NCBI GenBank assembly: GCA_965215265.1
Contig: OZ244048.1
Span: 2,368,001 to 2,432,000 of the forward strand
From: Candidatus Poribacteria bacterium
GTDB lineage: Bacteria > Poribacteria > WGA-4E > WGA-3G
Direction of reading: 5' to 3'
DNA: 64,000 bases
Position 1 is the first letter of the stretch; each line of letters starts with the position of its first letter. The position numbers and the translations under genes are program-made. The notes under the pieces are model-generated. The model worked only from the letters and a program-made list of their open reading frames with translations, searched no databases and was not told where the DNA came from. Positions 60,064-64,000 of the stretch are shown piece after piece.

Positions 60064-62799
60064 ATGGACAGACAAAGATACCTATCCTGCCACTTGCAAG
60101 AAGACATGTGGATATCTACCCGGAAGACAGTTCCAATCGTTTCATTTTTGCTGCTCAGCACTTCAATCCTTCTCTCTATTTGCATCCGGACAGCCAATCT
60201 ACCCCAATTAGAACGAAAATATCTGCTGGGAACCGATGCGTATCATTTCCTTCGACAAGCCGAACTGATTGTTTCTGAAGGGCACCTACCTAACATTGAT
60301 ACACGGCGCTGGCAACCCGAAGGACGCGATCTGAGGACTTCGCTGAACCTCTTCTCTTACGTCCTTGCCTACAGCTATCACCTTGTGCACCGGTTTTTTC
60401 CATCGCTCAGCCTCTACGTTGTGGCTGTCTACGCACCTATTATCTGCTACGCGTTCTCTCTATTGGTACTTTACGGGTTATGGCGGAACGTTTTTGATAC
60501 ACCGACCGCACTCCTTGCTGTTAACTTTACCGCAATTTGCCCAACGTTGAACCTACACCGTTCGAGTGCAGGATTCGCAGACAGAGATGCGTTTGTGCTA
60601 CTGCTCTGGCTCATTATGTTCCTCTTTTACCTGAAATCCTCAGAAAGTCTGCGGCGAACTAGGCAGCGGGTGGTTTGTTTACCGTTCAAAGCGTACTTTT
60701 ACGCGATTCTCTCTGGCATGACGGCAGGCTTGCTCGCACTCACTTGGGAAGGTGTGGGCTTGGCAACAGTGATTCTCGTTATCTGGCTCGGTTTGCGTGT
60801 GCTGAGAGGGCACTTTTCGCAGGCGGATTGGCTAATTTATAACGTCTGGTATCTCTGTTTTATGACACTTTCGCTTACGTTTACCCGTGCCTATCACAAT
60901 ATCTGGCTGCCTTACACCTTCCTCGCCCTTGTGCTTCCAACCTTTTTCCATATCTGGCTCTGTCTCTCATTGTTAAAAAACGGAGAATACCGCTGCATCA
61001 TGTTACGGGCATTTCACTCACTGTTTGCCACCGCGGCTTGTACAGGTGGGTTTATTACATTGGTCGTGCTAACCGTGTTAAAACCGCCGGACCTCCGAGA
61101 GTTCTTTCAACAACTTTTTGACAATTTTATCTCGCCTCTCGGCAGCAGCCCGCTCATGCAGTCTATTACTGAACTTGCTGAGTTGAGTGGAATGCGGTTT
61201 CTGACGACATATTCAGTGACAGGACTGGCGGCAATGGCAGGTTGTGGTTTACTCGCTTATCGTTTCTTCGCGCAGGAAAGAATTGTCCCTGCAAGCAGGG
61301 CGAATTCTTATCCTAAAAATCACAGCACGTTTTTTTGGTTCGCACTCCTCGGTTTCGAAACCCTTCTCTGTGGAACCCTTTTCTCTCTGTTCATCGCAAA
61401 TACGAAATTCTCTTTCGCAATCTATAGTCTTTCTCTTTGTGTGGGTACGCTCGCGCTCGTAGGTGCCTACCACTTCTGCCGAAGTGCGGATACTGTCAAT
61501 AGCGCAAACAACAAATTACTGCTGCTATTGGTGTGGGGGCTCATCTTGCTTTTTAGCAGCAGGGGTGCAGAGCGATACCTCTTTTTTCTGGATGTGTTAC
61601 TCCATGCACTGAGCAGTTTTCTGATAATCCAGATACTTCGTTTTGTTACAGCGAGTACTTCAAACGAAAAAGCCCGTGAACACAGCACAAATCTGGAGTT
61701 GTGTGCGCTATGTCTGCTCGTAGCATCGGAATTATATGTCGCTACTCGTCTCTTCTCCGGGATAAATACCCCGGTTTGGATGCTTGTGGGCGTGGCACTG
61801 CTCAGCACGGTTTTCGGGATGTTCCTGCTGCACCAATTGGCAGGCATGGAAGCCTCTTATTTTCACAGATTCGCTTACCTCGCTGTGGTACTACTCCTCA
61901 TCTTACTCACGAGCTCAGACGTGTTCTACAAAGGGTTTGTACGCGCAAGTACCGAGTCGCTACGTGAAACTGCCACACCACACCCACCGCAGTTACAAGC
62001 TAGTTTCGCCGACATTGCGGTGCATACCGATGACGATGCAACAATTGCGGCATGGTGGGATTACGGTAGTCTGATTAACTATTTTACCAAACGCACGACT
62101 GTCGTTGACAGTGACCACTACATGCCCGCACGGATAAGGGCTATGGCACAGCATGTTTTTAGCGGCACCTCTCCTACAGAGGCACTCACTTTTTTACGCG
62201 CACACAACGCCACCCATCTGCTGATAACGACAAACGAACTGCTTCGATTGGATACAATCACCTATACCGGAACTGACGATGGTTATGACCGTTTAGCCTC
62301 TGTCCATTTTTTGACACCTATTCGGAGTAAACAGGTGGATGCCTCTATGGAACAGACAGACTTCATACTGCACAATTCTCAAACGACGGATACCTTAGCA
62401 GTGAATTCAGAAATCTACCCGCCTGGGGAGTGGAGGCTGTACGGTGTCTCACTCACTTACGATAGAACGAACAACGCTTGGACAGCAATAGTTCACGGCA
62501 CGGCAGGCAACCGAGAATTCGCGCTCCCGCCGAGCGAGCTTCAGGTAGGCACAACGTCCATTACTTATGATAACGCGTGTGTACCAGGGACGATTGTTAT
62601 CTTTCCAAACCATGCCGGAGAGAACCTACAGGCATTCTACGTTTCTGCACGCGCCAGACTCATGCTGACAGTGCGGCTCTACCTCTTTCTAGAAGATATA
62701 CCGGAGTTTTCATTGGTATATGATACCAATGCCACAGCGCGGTGTGAACCGTATGGACTTCGGCTTTTTCGTATATCTCCGTACCGTCAACGCTTATGA
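60064..62799 (+). CDS. STT3-family oligosaccharyltransferase (PglB/AglB-like)
   Basis: GTDAYH, GFADRD (DxD), SITEL (TIxE-like), WWDYG; many TM helices. Confidence 0.9.
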   Translation: MDRQRYLSCHLQEDMWISTRKTVPIVSFLLLSTSILLSICIRTANLPQLERKYLLGTDAYHFLRQAELIVSEGHLPNIDTRRWQPEGRDLRTSLNLFSYVLAYSYHLVHRFFPSLSLYVVAVYAPIICYAFSLLVLYGLWRNVFDTPTALLAVNFTAICPTLNLHRSSAGFADRDAFVLLLWLIMFLFYLKSSESLRRTRQRVVCLPFKAYFYAILSGMTAGLLALTWEGVGLATVILVIWLGLRVLRGHFSQADWLIYNVWYLCFMTLSLTFTRAYHNIWLPYTFLALVLPTFFHIWLCLSLLKNGEYRCIMLRAFHSLFATAACTGGFITLVVLTVLKPPDLREFFQQLFDNFISPLGSSPLMQSITELAELSGMRFLTTYSVTGLAAMAGCGLLAYRFFAQERIVPASRANSYPKNHSTFFWFALLGFETLLCGTLFSLFIANTKFSFAIYSLSLCVGTLALVGAYHFCRSADTVNSANNKLLLLLVWGLILLFSSRGAERYLFFLDVLLHALSSFLIIQILRFVTASTSNEKAREHSTNLELCALCLLVASELYVATRLFSGINTPVWMLVGVALLSTVFGMFLLHQLAGMEASYFHRFAYLAVVLLLILLTSSDVFYKGFVRASTESLRETATPHPPQLQASFADIAVHTDDDATIAAWWDYGSLINYFTKRTTVVDSDHYMPARIRAMAQHVFSGTSPTEALTFLRAHNATHLLITTNELLRLDTITYTGTDDGYDRLASVHFLTPIRSKQVDASMEQTDFILHNSQTTDTLAVNSEIYPPGEWRLYGVSLTYDRTNNAWTAIVHGTAGNREFALPPSELQVGTTSITYDNACVPGTIVIFPNHAGENLQAFYVSARARLMLTVRLYLFLEDIPEFSLVYDTNATARCEPYGLRLFRISPYRQRL

Positions 62800-62812
62800 T
62801 TTTACGCTCCTG

Positions 62813-62895
62813 TTTTAACATTGCAGCAGCCTTGTTACGGGCTCCTGTATACAAAAAAACGAGATTTTCACAGATTTTAACATTGCAGCAGCCTT
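62813..62895. repeat. Direct repeat TTTTAACATTGCAGCAGCCTT (two copies, 62-bp period)
   Basis: Identical 21-mers at 62813 and 62875 with diverged continuations. Confidence 0.75.
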
Positions 62896-62969
62896 TATTG
62901 GGCCGAAATATACGAAAAATCGACTACAAAATTTGCATGCTTTTCCAAGTTGTGCTAAACTAGCAGCTT

Positions 62970-64000
62970 ATGAAAACGAAGCCAAAGGTCGATGCACTGA
63001 TTAAATTAGACCCGTTGCTAAAACCGTATAGTGCGGAGCTGGAGCACCGCGTTGCGTGCTATCAGGACTGCAAATTGCAAATTGAGTACGCAGACGCAGA
63101 TAGGCGAGGACTGCTGGGACAAGTCAGCCAAGGTCACCGGTATTTCGGGTTCAACCGAGGCGAGAAAGCCGGGCAGCCGGGTATCTGGTATCGCGAGTGG
63201 GCACCGGCAGCTCATGCACTCTCGCTCGTCGGTGACTTTAACGATTGGAACCGTGAAGCGGCCCCGATGACAGTGGATGAATGGGGTGTGTGGCACCTCT
63301 TTCTGCCGGACAGCGAATATGTGTCTCGGTTCATGCACGGTAGCCGGCTAAAAGTGCATGTCGTCTCCGAATTAGGTGGACGTGACCGGATACCGGCCTA
63401 TATTCAGCACGTTGTACAGGAGGGTGACAGTGGGTTTGTTGGAGAGTATTGGGCCCCGCCGGAGCCGTATCGATGGAAGCATCCGCGAGCAGAATTGGAC
63501 AGAAAATCTGAGGGGTTACGGATTTATGAGGCACACGTAGGGATGGCACAGGACGCTGAAAAAGTCGGCACGTTTACAGAATTTACGGAAAAGGTTTTGC
63601 CACGCATTGCGGCGCTTGGCTATAATGTCGTGCAGCTCATGGCAATCATGGAACACCCGTATTATGCGAGTTTCGGGTATCATGTGAGTAATTTCTTTGC
63701 TGTCTCCAGTCGATTCGGGACACCAGAAGAACTCAAGGCATTAATTGATACCGCCCACGGACTGGGTTTACTCGTGGTGATGGATCTGGTGCATAGCCAT
63801 GCTGTGAAAAATTTTGAAGAAGGGTTAAACTGTTTTGACGGGACGGATTACCACTATTTTCATAGTGGTGCGAGGGGTGAGCATGTGGCTTGGGACTCGC
63901 GCTGTTTTGATTATAGTCAGTATGAAGTGCTGCGATTTCTGCTGAGCAATATCCGTTATTGGTTAGAAACCTATCGTTTTGATGGGTTTAGGGTTGACGG
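62970..64000 (+). CDS. glgB: 1,4-alpha-glucan branching enzyme (GH13_8-like), 3' truncated by window; absent from the ORF track
   Basis: YREWAP.A..LSLVGDFNDW, IYEAHVGMA, QLMAIMEHPYYASFGYHVSNFFAVSSRFGTPEELK, MDLVHSH, FDGFRVD. Confidence 0.92.
   Translation, partial: MKTKPKVDALIKLDPLLKPYSAELEHRVACYQDCKLQIEYADADRRGLLGQVSQGHRYFGFNRGEKAGQPGIWYREWAPAAHALSLVGDFNDWNREAAPMTVDEWGVWHLFLPDSEYVSRFMHGSRLKVHVVSELGGRDRIPAYIQHVVQEGDSGFVGEYWAPPEPYRWKHPRAELDRKSEGLRIYEAHVGMAQDAEKVGTFTEFTEKVLPRIAALGYNVVQLMAIMEHPYYASFGYHVSNFFAVSSRFGTPEELKALIDTAHGLGLLVVMDLVHSHAVKNFEEGLNCFDGTDYHYFHSGARGEHVAWDSRCFDYSQYEVLRFLLSNIRYWLETYRFDGFRVD

Noticed and set aside
62813-62920. Possible mini-CRISPR
   Set aside because: Only two units, the intervening sequences resemble each other, and there are no cas genes.

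Overview
64 kb of a bacterial chromosome, most likely Candidatus Poribacteria. This is inferred from PhyH-family, LamG and LRR/lamin-tail proteins and from a recurrent C-terminal K-x-T/E-x-W-x-x-(L/I)-K tail. Core genes include ybaB/ebfC, recR, mnmG, rsmG, galK, hslUV, rplM-rpsI, purA, tRNA-Lys, tRNA-Glu, an EF-G paralog and a partial glgB. They are interspersed with a partner-switching signalling module, sugar catabolism genes, several pseudogenes and many secreted or surface proteins. Main leads: (1) a short C-terminal sorting-like motif on four exported proteins from three unrelated families, two of them encoded next to an STT3 oligosaccharyltransferase and carrying an N-V-S sequon just before the motif; (2) an exported selenoprotein (W-U-G-C redoxin with a SECIS-like hairpin) coupled to a cytochrome c gene, which the ORF track splits in two; (3) an Rpn-like nuclease with a strong internal RBS, suggesting an intragenic antitoxin; (4) a 19-aa leader peptide ending in RPG-stop upstream of EF-G2; (5) a double-sigma4 ECF factor cassette with a symmetric 6-Cys secreted peptide; (6) a C10 tract in a large surface protein. 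All calls come from reading the sequence; no database searches were run.
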